Below are positions 52,801-64,000 of a stretch of 64,000 nucleotides of DNA, piece after piece. Where the stretch lies: NCBI RefSeq assembly GCF_964355755.1, contig NC_092670.1:27578388-27642387 (forward strand), written 5' to 3'. The notes under the pieces are model-generated. The model made no database searches. It saw only the letters and a program-made list of their open reading frames with translations, and was not told where the DNA came from. Both the position numbers and the translations under genes were made by a program. The stretch is from Antedon mediterranea (taxonomy: Eukaryota; Animalia; Echinodermata). Numbering within the stretch: position 1 is the first letter of the stretch; each line of letters begins with the position of its first letter.

Positions 52801-55800
52801 TAAAACGTCTCCAAATGCGATTTGAAGCTATTCTAAGCACTTTGGTGTTTTTATGTTAACAAGTTTTTTCGAAAATCACAAAATGGTGTAAAACGTCTCC
52901 AAATGCGATTTGAAGCTATTCTAAGCACTTTGGTGTTTTTATGTTAACAAGTTTTTTCGAAAATCACAAAATGGTGTAAAACTTCTCCAAATACGATTTT
53001 AAGCTATTCTAAGCAATTTGGTGTTTTTATGTTAACAAGTTTTTTCGAAAATCACAAAATGGTATAAAACGTCTCCAAATACGATTTGAAGCAATTCTAA
53101 GCACTTTGGTGTTTTTATGTTAACAAGTTTTTTCGAAAATCACAAAATGGTATAAAACGTCTCCAAATGCGATTTTAAGGTATTCTAAGCACTTTGGTGT
53201 TTTTATGTTAACAAGTTTTTTCGAAAATCACAAAATGGTCTAAAACGTCTCCAAATGCGATTTGAAGCTATTCTGTACACTTTGCTGTTTTGTGTGAATA
53301 ATTTTTGTCGAAATGCTCAAAATGGTCAAAAACGTTTTTAAATACGATATTAAGCTATTTTGTGCTCTTTGATGTTTTTGTGTGAAAAGTTTTATCGAAA
53401 TGCTCAAAATGGTCTAAAACGGTTTCTAATGTGATTTTAAGCACTTTGATGTTTTTATGTTAACAACTTTTTTAGAAAATCACAAAATGGTCTAAAACGT
53501 CTCCAAATGCGATTTGAAGCAATTCTAAGCACTTTGGTGTTTTTATGGTAACGAGTTTTTTTGAATATCACAAAATGGTCTAAAACGTCTCCAAATGCGA
53601 TTTGAAGCTATTCTAAGCACTTTGGTGTTTTTATGTTAACAAGTTTTTTCGAAAATCACAAAATGGTGTAAAACGTCTCCAAATGCGATTTGAAGCTATT
53701 CTAAGCACTTTGGTGTTATTATGTTAACAAGTTTTTTCGAAAATCACAAATTGGTCTAAAACGTCTCCAAATGCGATTTGAAGCTATTTTAAGCACTTTG
53801 GTGTTTTTGTGTAACCAAGTTTTTTCGAAAATCACAAAAGGGTCTAAAATGTCTCAAAATGCGATTTGAAGCTATTCTGTACACTTTGATGTTTTTATGT
53901 TAACAAGTTTTTTCGAAAGTCACAAAATGGTCTAAAACGTCTCCAAATGCGATTTGAAGCTATTCTAAGCACTTTGGTGTTTTTATGTTAACAAGTTTTT
54001 TCGAAAATCACAAAATGGTGTAAAACGTCTCCAAATGCGATTTGAAGCTATTCTAAGCACTTTGGTGTTTTTATGTTAACAAGTTTTTTCGAAAATCACA
54101 AAATGGTGTAAAACTTCTCCAAATACGATTTTAAGCTATTCTAAGCAATTTGGTGTTTTTATGTTAACAAGTTTTTTCGAAAATCACAAAATGGTCTAAA
54201 ACGTCTCCAAATGCGATTTGAAGCTATTCTGTACACTTTGCTGTTTTGTGTGAATAATTTTTGTTGAAATGCTCAAAATGGTCAAAAACGTTTTTAAATA
54301 CTATATTAAGCTATTTTGTGTTCTTTGATGTTTTTGTGTGAAAAGTTTTATCGAAATGCTCAAAATGGTCTAAAACAGTTTCTAATGTGATTTTAAGCAC
54401 TTTGATGTTTTTATGTTAACAACTTTTTTAGAAAATCACAAAATGGTCTAAAACGTCTCCAAATGCGATTTGAAGCAATTCTAAGCACTTTGGTGTTTTT
54501 ATGTTAACAAGTTTTTTCGAAAATCACAAAATGGTATAAAACGTCTCCAAATGCGATTTGAAGCAATTCTAAGCACTTTGGTGTTTTTATGTTAACAAGT
54601 TTTTTCGAAAATCACAAAATGGTATAAAACGTCTCCAAATGCGATTTTAAGGTATTCTAAGCACTTTGGTGTTTTTATGTTAACAAGTTTTTTCGAAAAT
54701 CACAAAATGGTCTAAAACGTCTCCAAATGCGATTTGAAGCTATTCTGTACACTTTGCTGTTTTGTGTGAATAATTTTTGTCGAAATGCTCAAAATGGTCA
54801 AAAACGTTTTTAAATACGATATTAAGCTATTTTGTGCTCTTTGATGTTTTTGTGTGAAAAGTTTTATCGAAATGCTCAAAATGGTCTAAAACGGTTTCTA
54901 ATGTGATTTTAAGCACTTTGATGTTTTTATGTTAACAACTTTTTTAGAAAATCACAAAATGGTCTAAAACGTCTCCAAATGCGATTTGAAGCAATTCTAA
55001 GCACTTTGGTGTTTTTATGGTAACGAGTTTTTTTGAATATCACAAAATGGTCTAAAATGTCTCCAAATGCGATTTGAAGCTAATCTGTACACTTTGATGT
55101 TTTTTTGTTAACAAGTTTTTTCGAAAGTCACAAAATGGTCTAAAACGTCTCCAAATGTGATTTGAAGCTATTCTAAACACTTTGGTGTTTTTATGTTAAC
55201 AAGTTTTTTCGAAAATCACAAATTGGTCTAAAACGTCTCCAAATGCGATTTGAAGCTAGTTTAAGCACTTTGGTGTTTTTGTGTAACCAAGTTTTTTCGA
55301 AAATCACAAAAGGGTCTAAAATGTCTCAAAATGCGATTTGAAGCTATTCTGTACACTTTGATGTTTTTTTTGTTAACAAGTTTTTTCGAAAGTCACAAAA
55401 TGGTCTAAAACGTCTCCAAATGCGATTTGAAGCTATTCTAAGCACTTTGGTGTTTTTATGTTAACAAGTTTTTTCGAAAATCACAAAATGGTGTAAAACG
55501 TCTCCAAATGCGATTTGAAGCTATTCTAAGCAATTTGGTGTTTTTATGTTAACAAGTTTTTTCGAAAATCACAAAATGGTGTAAAACGTCTCCAAATGCG
55601 ATTTTAAGCTATTCTAAGCAATTTGGTGTTTTTTTATGTTAACAAGTTTTTTCGAAAATCACAAAATGGTCTAAAACGTCTCCAAATGCGATTTGTAGCT
55701 ATTCTGTACACTTTGCTGTTTTGTGAGAATATTTTTTGTCGAAATGCTCAAAATGGTCAAAAACGTTTTTAAATACGATATTAAGCTATTTTGTGCTCTT

Positions 55801-58800
55801 TGATGTTTTTGTGTGAAAAGTTTTATCGAAATGCTCAAAATGGTCTAAAACGGTTTCTAATGTGATTTTAAGCACTTTGGTGTTTTTATGTTAACAAGTT
55901 TTTTCGAAAATCACAAAATGGTCTAAAACGTCTCCAATTGTGATTTGAAGCTATTCTAAACACTTTGGTGTTTTTATGTTAACAAGTTTTTTCGAAAATC
56001 ACAAATTGGTCTAAAACGTCTCCAAATGCGATTTGAAGCTATTTTAAGCACTTTGGTGTTTTTGTGTAACCAAGTTTTTTCGAAAATCACAAAAGGGTCT
56101 AAAATGTCTCAAAATGCGATTTGAAGCTATTCTGTACACTTTGATGTTTTTTTGTTAACAATTTTTTTCGAAAGTCACAAAATGGTCTAAAACGTCTCCA
56201 AATGCGATTTGAAGCTATTCTAAGCACTTTGCTGTTTTGTGTGAATAATTTTTGTCGAAATGCTCAAAATGGTCAAAAACGTTTTTAAATACGATATTAA
56301 GCTATTTTGTGCTCTTTGATGTTTTTGTGTGAAAAGTTTTATCGAAATGCTCAAAATGGTCTAAAACGGTTTCTAATGTGATTTTAAGCACTTTGATGTT
56401 TTTATGTTAACAACTTTTTTAGAAAATCACAAAATGGTCTAAAACGTCTCCAAATGCGATTTGAAGCAATTCTAAGCACTTTGGTGTTTTTATGGTAACG
56501 AGTTTTTTTGAATATCACAAAATGGTCTAAAATGTCTCCAAATGCGATTTGAAGCTTTTCTAAGCACTTTGGTGTTTTTATGTTAACAAGTTTTTTCGAA
56601 AATCACAAAAGGGTCTAAAACGTCTCCAAATGCGATTTGAAGCTATTCTAAGCACTTTGGTGTTATTATGTTAACAAGTTTTTTCGAAAATCACAAATTG
56701 GTCTAAAACGTCTCCAAATGCGATTTGAAGCTATTTTAAGCACTTTGGTGTTTTTGTGTAACCAAGTTTTTTCGAAAATCACAAAAGGGTCTAAAATGTC
56801 TCAAAATGCGATTTGAAGCTATTCTGTACATTTTGATGTTTTTTTGTTAACAAGTTTTTTCGAAAGTCACAAAATGGTCTAAAACGTCTCCAAATGCGAT
56901 TTGAAGCTATTCTAAGCACTTTGGTGTTTTTATGTTAACAAGTTTTTTCGAAAATCACAAAATGGTGTAAAACGTCTCCAAATGCGATTTGAAGCTATTC
57001 TAAGCACTTTGGTGTTTTTATGTTCACAAGTTTTTTCGAAAATCACAAAATGGTGTAAAACTTCTCCAAATACGATTTTAAGCTATTCTAAGCAATTTGG
57101 TGTTTTTATGTTAACAAGTTTTTTCGAAAATCACAAAATGGTCTAAAACGTCTCCAAATGCGATTTGAAGCTATTCTGTACACTTTGCTGTTTTGTGTGA
57201 ATAATTTTTGTTGAAATGCTCAAAATGGTCAAAAACGTTTTTAAATACTATATTAAGCTATTTTGTGTTCTTTGATGTTTTTGTGTGAAAAGTTTTATCG
57301 AAATGCTCAAAATGGTCTAAAACAGTTTCTAATGTGATTTTAAGCACTTTGATGTTTTTATGTTAACAACTTTTTTAGAAAATCACAAAATGGTCTAAAA
57401 CGTCTCCAAATGCGATTTGAAGCAATTCTAAGCACTTTGGTGTTTTTAGATTAACAAGTTTTTTCGAAAATCACAAAATGGTATAAAACGTCTCCAAATG
57501 CGATTTGAAGCAATTCTAAGCACTTTGGTGTTTTTATGTTAACAAGTTTTTTCGAAAATCACAAAATGGTATAAAACGTCTCCAAATGCGATTTTAAGGT
57601 ATTCTAAGCACTTTGGTGTTTTTTTTTTGTTAACAAGTTTTTTCGAAAATCACAAAATGGTCTAAAACGTCTCCAAATGCGATTTGAAGCTATTCTGTAC
57701 ACTTTGCTGTTTTGTGTGAATAATTTTTGTCGAAATGCTCAAAATGGTCAAAAACGTTTTTAAATACGATATTAAGCTATTTTGTGCTCTTTGATGTTTT
57801 TGTGTGAAAAGTTTTATCGAAATGCTCAAAATGGTCTAAAACGGTTTCTAATGTGATTTTAAGCACTTTGATGTTTTTATGTTAACAACTTTTTTAGAAA
57901 ATCACAAAATGGTCTAAAACGTCTCCAAATGCGATTTGAAGCAATTCTAAGCACTTTGGTGTTTTTATGGTAACGAGTTTTTTTGAATATCACAAAATGG
58001 TCTAAAATGTCTCCAAATGCGATTTAAAGCTAATCTGTACACTTTGATGTTTTTTTGTTAACCAGTTTTTTCGAAAGTCACAAAATGGTCTAAAACGTCT
58101 CCAAATGCGATTTGAAGCTATTCTAAGCACTTTGGTGTTTTTATGTTAACAAGTTTTTTCGAAAATCACAAAATGGTGTAAAACGTCTCCAAATGCGATT
58201 TGAAGCTATTCTAAGCACTTTGGTGTTTTTATGTTAACAAGTTTTTTCGAAAATCACAAAATGGTGTAAAACTTCTCCAAATACGATTTTAAGCTATTCT
58301 AAGCAATTTGGTGTTTTTATGTTAACAAGTTTTTTCGAAAATCACAAAATGGTATAAAACGTCTCCAAATACGATTTGAAGCAATTCTAAGCACTTTGGT
58401 GTTTTTATGTTAACAAGTTTTTTCGAAAATCACAAAATGGTATAAAACGTCTCCAAATGCGATTTTAAGGTATTCTAAGCACTTTTGTGTTTTTATGTTA
58501 ACAAGTTTTTTCGAAAATCACAAAATGGTCTAAAACGTCTCCAAATGCGATTTGAAGCTATTCTGTACACTTTGCTGTTTTGTGTGAATAATTTTTGTCG
58601 AAATGCTCAAAATGGTCAAAAACGTTTTTAAATACGATATTAAGCTATTTTGTGCTCTTTGATGTTTTTGTGTGAAAAGTTTTATCGAAATGCTCAAAAT
58701 GGTCTAAAACGGTTTCTAATGTGATTTTAAGCACTTTGATGTTTTTATGTTAACAACTTTTTTAGAAAATCACAAAATGGTCTAAAACGTCTCCAAATGC

Positions 58801-61800
58801 GATTTGAAGCAATTCTAAGCACTTTGGTGTTTTTATGGTAACGAGTTTTTTTGAATATCACAAAATGGTCTAAAAAGTCTCCAAATGCGATTTGAAGCTA
58901 TTCTAAGCACTTTGGTGTTTTTATGTTAACAAGTTTTTTCGAAAATCACAAAATGGTGTAAAACGTCTCCAAATGCGATTTGAAGCTATTCTAAGCACTT
59001 TGGTGTTATTATGTTAACAAGTTTTTTCGAAAATCACAAATTGGTCTAAAACGTCTCCAAATGCGATTTGAAGCTATTTTAAGCACTTTGGTGTTTTTGT
59101 GTAACCAAGTTTTTTCGAAAATCACAAAAGGGTCTAAAATGTCTCAAAATGCGATTTGAAGCTATTCTGTACACTTTGATGTTTTTATGTTAACAAGTTT
59201 TTTCGAAAGTCACAAAATGGTCTAAAACGTCTCCAAATGCGATTTGAAGCTATTCTAAGCACTTTGGTGTTTTTATGTTAACAAGTTTTTTCGAAAATCA
59301 CAAAATGGTGTAAAACGTCTCCAAATGCGATTTGAAGCTATTCTAAGCACTTTGGTGTTTTTATGTTAACAAGTTTTTTCGAAAATCACAAAATGGTGTA
59401 AAACTTCTCCAAATACGATTTTAAGCTATTCTAAGCAATTTGGTGTTTTTATGTTAACAAGTTTTTTCGAAAATCACAAAATGGTCTAAAACGTCTCCAA
59501 ATGCGATTTGAAGCTATTCTGTAAACTTTGCTGTTTTGTGTGAATAATTTTTGTTGAAATGCTCAAAATGGTCAAAAACGTTTTTAAATACTATATTAAG
59601 CTATTTTGTGTTCTTTGATGTTTTTGTGTGAAAAGTTTTATCGAAATGCTCAAAATGGTCTAAAACAGTTTCTAATGTGATTTTAAGCACTTTGATGTTT
59701 TTATGTTAACAACTTTTTTAGAAAATCACAAAATGGTCTAAAACGTCTCCAAATGCGATTTGAAGCAATTCTAAGCACTTTGGTGTTTTTATGTTAACAA
59801 GTTTTTTCGAAAATCACAAAATGGTATAAAACGTCTCCAAATGCGATTTGAAGCAATTCTAAGCACTTTGGTGTTTTTATGTTAACAAGTTTTTTCGAAA
59901 ATCACAAAATGGTATAAAACGTCTCCAAATGCGATTTTAAGGTATTCTAAGCACTTTGGTGTTTTTATGTTAACAAGTTTTTTCGAAAATCACAAAATGG
60001 TCTAAAACGTCTCCAAATGCGATTTGAAGCTATTCTGTACACTTTGCTGTTTTGTGTGAATAATTTTTGTCGAAATGCTCAAAATGGTCAAAAACGTTTT
60101 TAAATACGATATTAAGCTATTTTGTGCTCTTTGATGTTTTTGTGTGAAAAGTTTTATCGAAATGCTCAAAATGGTCTAAAACGGTTTCTAATGTGATTTT
60201 AAGCACTTTGATGTTTTTATGTTAACAACTTTTTTAGAAAATCACAAAATGGTCTAAAACGTCTCCAAATGCGATTTGAAGCAATTCTAAGCACTTTGGT
60301 GTTTTTATGGTAACGAGTTTTTTTGAATATCACAAAATGGTCTAAAATGTCTCCAAATGCGATTTGAAGCTAATCTGTACACTTTGATGTTTTTTTGTTA
60401 ACAAGTTTTTTCGAAAGTCACAAAATGGTCTAAAACGTCTCCAAATGTGATTTGAAGCTATTCTAAACACTTTGGTGTTTTTATGTTAACAAGTTTTTTC
60501 GAAAATCACAAATTGGTCTAAAACGTCTCCAAATGCGATTTGAAGCTAGTTTAAGCACTTTGGTGTTTTTGTGTAACCAAGTTTTTTCGAAAATCACAAA
60601 AGGGTCTAAAATGTCTCAAAATGCGATTTGAAGCTATTCTGTACACTTTGATGTTTTTTTTGTTAACAAGTTTTTTCGAAAGTCACAAAATGGTCTAAAA
60701 CGTCTCCAAATGCGATTTGAAGCTATTCTAAGCACTTTGGTGTTTTTATGTTAACAAGTTTTTTCGAAAATCACAAAATGGTGTAAAACGTCTCCAAATG
60801 CGATTTGAAGCTATTCTAAGCAATTTGGTGTTTTTATGTTAACAAGTTTTTTCGAAAATCACAAAATGGTGTAAAACGTCTCCAAATGCGATTTTAAGCT
60901 ATTCTAAGCAATTTGGTGTTTTTTTATGTTAACAAGTTTTTTCGAAAATCACAAAATGGTCTAAAACGTCTCCAAATGCGATTTGTAGCTATTCTGTACA
61001 CTTTGCTGTTTTGTGAGAATATTTTTTGTCGAAATGCTCAAAATGGTCAAAAACGTTTTTAAATACGATATTAAGCTATTTTGTGCTCTTTGATGTTTTT
61101 GTGTGAAAAGTTTTATCGAAATGCTCAAAATGGTCTAAAACGGTTTCTAATGTGATTTTAAGCACTTTGGTGTTTTTATGTTAACAAGTTTTTTCGAAAA
61201 TCACAAAATGGTCTAAAACGTCTCCAAATGTGATTTGAAGCTATTCTAAACACTTTGGTGTTTTTATGTTAACAAGTTTTTTCGAAAATCACAAATTGGT
61301 CTAAAACGTCTCCAAATGCGATTTGAAGCTATTTTAAGCACTTTGGTGTTTTTGTGTAACCAAGTTTTTTCGAAAATCACAAAAGGGTCTAAAATGTCTC
61401 AAAATGCGATTTGAAGCTATTCTGTACACTTTGATGTTTTTTTGTTAACAAGTTTTTTCGAAAGTCACAAAATGGTCTAAAACGTCTCCAAATGCGATTT
61501 GAAGCTATTCTAAGCACTTTGCTGTTTTGTGTGAATAATTTTTGTCGAAATGCTCAAAATGGTCAAAAACGTTTTTAAATACGATTTTAAGCTATTTTGT
61601 GCTCTTTGATGTTTTTGTGTGAAAAGTTTTATCGAAATGCTCAAAATGGTCTAAAACGGTTTCTAATGTGATTTTAAGCACTTTGATGTTTTTATGTTAA
61701 CAACTTTTTTAGAAAATCACAAAATGGTCTAAAACGTCTCCAAATGCGATTTGAAGCAATTCTAAGCACTTTGGTGTTTTTATGGTAACGAGTTTTTTTG

Positions 61801-61900
61801 AATATCACAAAATGGTCTAAAATGTCTCCAAATGCGATTTGAAGCTTTTCTAAGCACTTTGGTGTTTTTATGTTAACAAGTTTTTTCGAAAATCACAAAA
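49830..61900 (+). repeat. Tandem duplication, period 5290 bp (47 A + 7 BC + 6 nt of T-run insertions)
   Basis: Private tctccaattg 50641/55931, tgttcacaag 51731/57021, T10 run ~52329/~57619, atttgtagct 55691/60981, all at offset 5290. Confidence 0.95.
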
Positions 61901-64000
61901 TGGTCTAAAACGTCTCCAAATGCGATTTGAAGCTATTCTGTACACTTTGCTGTTTTGTGTGAATAATTTTTGTCGAAATGCTCAAAATGGTCAAAAACGT
62001 TTTTAAATACGATATTAAGCTATTTTGTGCTCTTTGATGTTTTTGTGTGAAAAGCTTTATCGAAATGCTCAAAATGGTCTAAAACGGTTTCTAATGTGAT
62101 TTTAAGCACTTTGATGTTTTTATGTTAACAACTTTTTTAGAAAATTACAAAATGGTGTAAAACGTCTCCAAATGCGATTTGAAGCTATTCTAAGCAATTT
62201 GGTGTTTTTATGTTAACAAGTTTTTTCGAAAATCACAAAATGGTCTAAAACGTCTCCAAATGCGATTTGAAGCTATTCTAAGCACTTTTGTGTTTTTATG
62301 TTAACAAGTTTTTTCGAAAATCACAAAATGGTCTAAAATGTCTCCAAATGCGATTTGAAGCTTTTCTAAGCACTTTTGTGTTTTTATGTTTACAAGTTTT
62401 TTCGAAAATCACAAAATGGTCTAAAACGTCTCCAAATGCGATTTGAAGCTATTCTGTACACTTTGCTGTTTTGTGTGAATAATTTTTGTCAAAATGCTCA
62501 AAATGGTCAAAAACGTTTTTAAATACTATATTAAGCTATTTTGTGTTCTTTGATGTTTTTATGTGAAAAGTTTTATCGAAATGCTCAAAATGGTCTAAAA
62601 CGGTTTCTAATGTGATTTTAAGAACTTTGATGTTTTTATGTTAAAAACTTTTTTAGAAAATCACAAAATGGTCTAAAACGTCTCCAAATGCGATTTGAAG
62701 CTTTTCTAAGCACTTTGGTGTTTTTATGTTAACAAGTTTTTTCGAAAATCACAAAATGGTCTAAAACGTCTCCAAATGCGATTTGAAGCTATTCTGTACA
62801 CTTTGCTGTTTTGTGTGAATAATTTTTGTCGAAATGCTCAAAATGGTCAAAAACGTTTTTAAATACGATATTAAGCTATTTTGTGCTCTTTGATGTTTTT
62901 GTGTGAAAAGTTTTATCGAAATGCTCAAAATGGTCTAAAACGGTTTCTAATGTGATTTTAAGCACTTTGATGTTTTTATGTTAACAACTTTTTTCGAAAA
63001 TCACAAAATGGTCTAAAACGTCTCCAAATGCGATTTGAAGCTATTCTAAGCACTTTGGTGTTTTTATGTTAACAAGTTTTTTCGAAAATCACAAAATGGT
63101 GTAAAACGTCTCCAAATGCGATTTGAAGCTATTCTAAGCAATTTTGTGTTTTTATGTTAACAAGTTTTTTCGAAAATCACAAAATGGTCTAAAACGTCTC
63201 CAAATGCGATTTGAAGCTATTCTAAGCACTTTTGTGTTTTTATGTTAACAAGTTTTTTCGAAAATCACAAAATGGTCTAAAATGTCTCAAAATGCGATTT
63301 GAAGCTATTCTGTACACTTTGCTGTTTTGTGTGAATAATTTTTGTCAAAATGCTCAAAATGGTCAAAAACGTTTTTAAATACTATATTAAGCTATTTTGT
63401 GTTCTTTGATGTTTTTGTGTGAAAAGTTTTTTCGAAATGCTCAAAATGGTCTAAAACGGTTTCTAATGTGATTTTAAGCACTTTGATGTTTTTATGTTAA
63501 CAACTTTTTTAGAAAATTACAAAATGGTCTAAAACGTCTCCAAATGCGATTTGAAGCAATTCTAAGCACTTTGGTGTTTTTATGTTAACAAGTTTTTTCG
63601 AAAATCACAAAATGGTCTAAAACGTCTCCAAATGCGATTTGAAGCTATTCGGTACACTTTGCTGTTTTGTGTGAATAATTTTTGTTGAAATGCTCAAAAT
63701 GGTCAAAAACGTTTTTAAATACGATATTAAGCTATTTTGTGCTCTTTGATGTTTTTGTGTGAAAAGTTTTATCGAAATGCTCAAAATGGTCTAAAACGGT
63801 TTCTAATGTGATTTTAAGCACTTTGGTGTTTTTATGTTAACAAGTTTTTTCGAAAATCACAAAATGGTCTAAAATGTCTCCAAATGCGATCTGAAGCTTT
63901 TCTAAGCACTTTGGTGTTTTTATGTTAACAAGTTTTTTCGAAAATCACAAAATGGTCTAAAACGTCTCCAAATGTGATTTGAAGCTATTCTAAACACTTT

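Larger units (their letters stand above)
1..64000. repeat. Tandem satellite DNA array (88-bp monomer family with interspersed 164-bp divergent dimer), running off both window ends
   Basis: Every line consists of variants of ctccaaatgcgatttgaagctattctaagcactttggtgtttttatgttaacaagttttttcgaaaatcacaaaatggtctaaaacgt (88 bp; A28 T32 C14 G14), all in the same orientation. Successive starts at 253, 341 and 429 give an 88-bp period. Confidence 0.99.

Noticed and set aside
1-64000. CRISPR-like or other repeat-spacer array
   Set aside because: No unique spacers; the entire monomer is repeated, and no cas or other genes are present.
1-64000. Giant repetitive protein gene
   Set aside because: The 88-bp and 164-bp units are not multiples of 3, and the ORF track shows nothing longer than 65 aa.
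1-64000. Embedded transposon, inversion, telomeric repeat or rDNA/tRNA unit
   Set aside because: I saw no non-satellite sequence and no reverse-orientation monomers anywhere in the window.

Overview
The whole 64 kb is one uninterrupted, head-to-tail, AT-rich (~32% GC) satellite DNA array, with no unique sequence, inversion, gene, RNA gene or mobile element visible. It is most likely eukaryotic centromeric/pericentromeric heterochromatin (inference; I do not recognise the family or organism). It is built from an 88-bp monomer (A, ~550 copies) punctuated at irregular intervals by an obligate divergent dimer (B 87 bp + C 77 bp = 164 bp, ~95 copies by manual count), giving an A(n)-B-C grammar with n = 2-16. 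Private SNPs and indels let the array's history be read directly: tandem or direct duplications with offsets of 1208, 1549, 1900, 3991 and 5290 bp, a ~9 kb duplication at ~21.6-21.9 kb offset, and one out-of-register junction at ~6646 that looks like a ~6.0 kb deletion. The three listed ORFs are chance products of small indels. I found no protein-coding system; the interest lies in repeat architecture and evolution. All counts and coordinates were read by eye.
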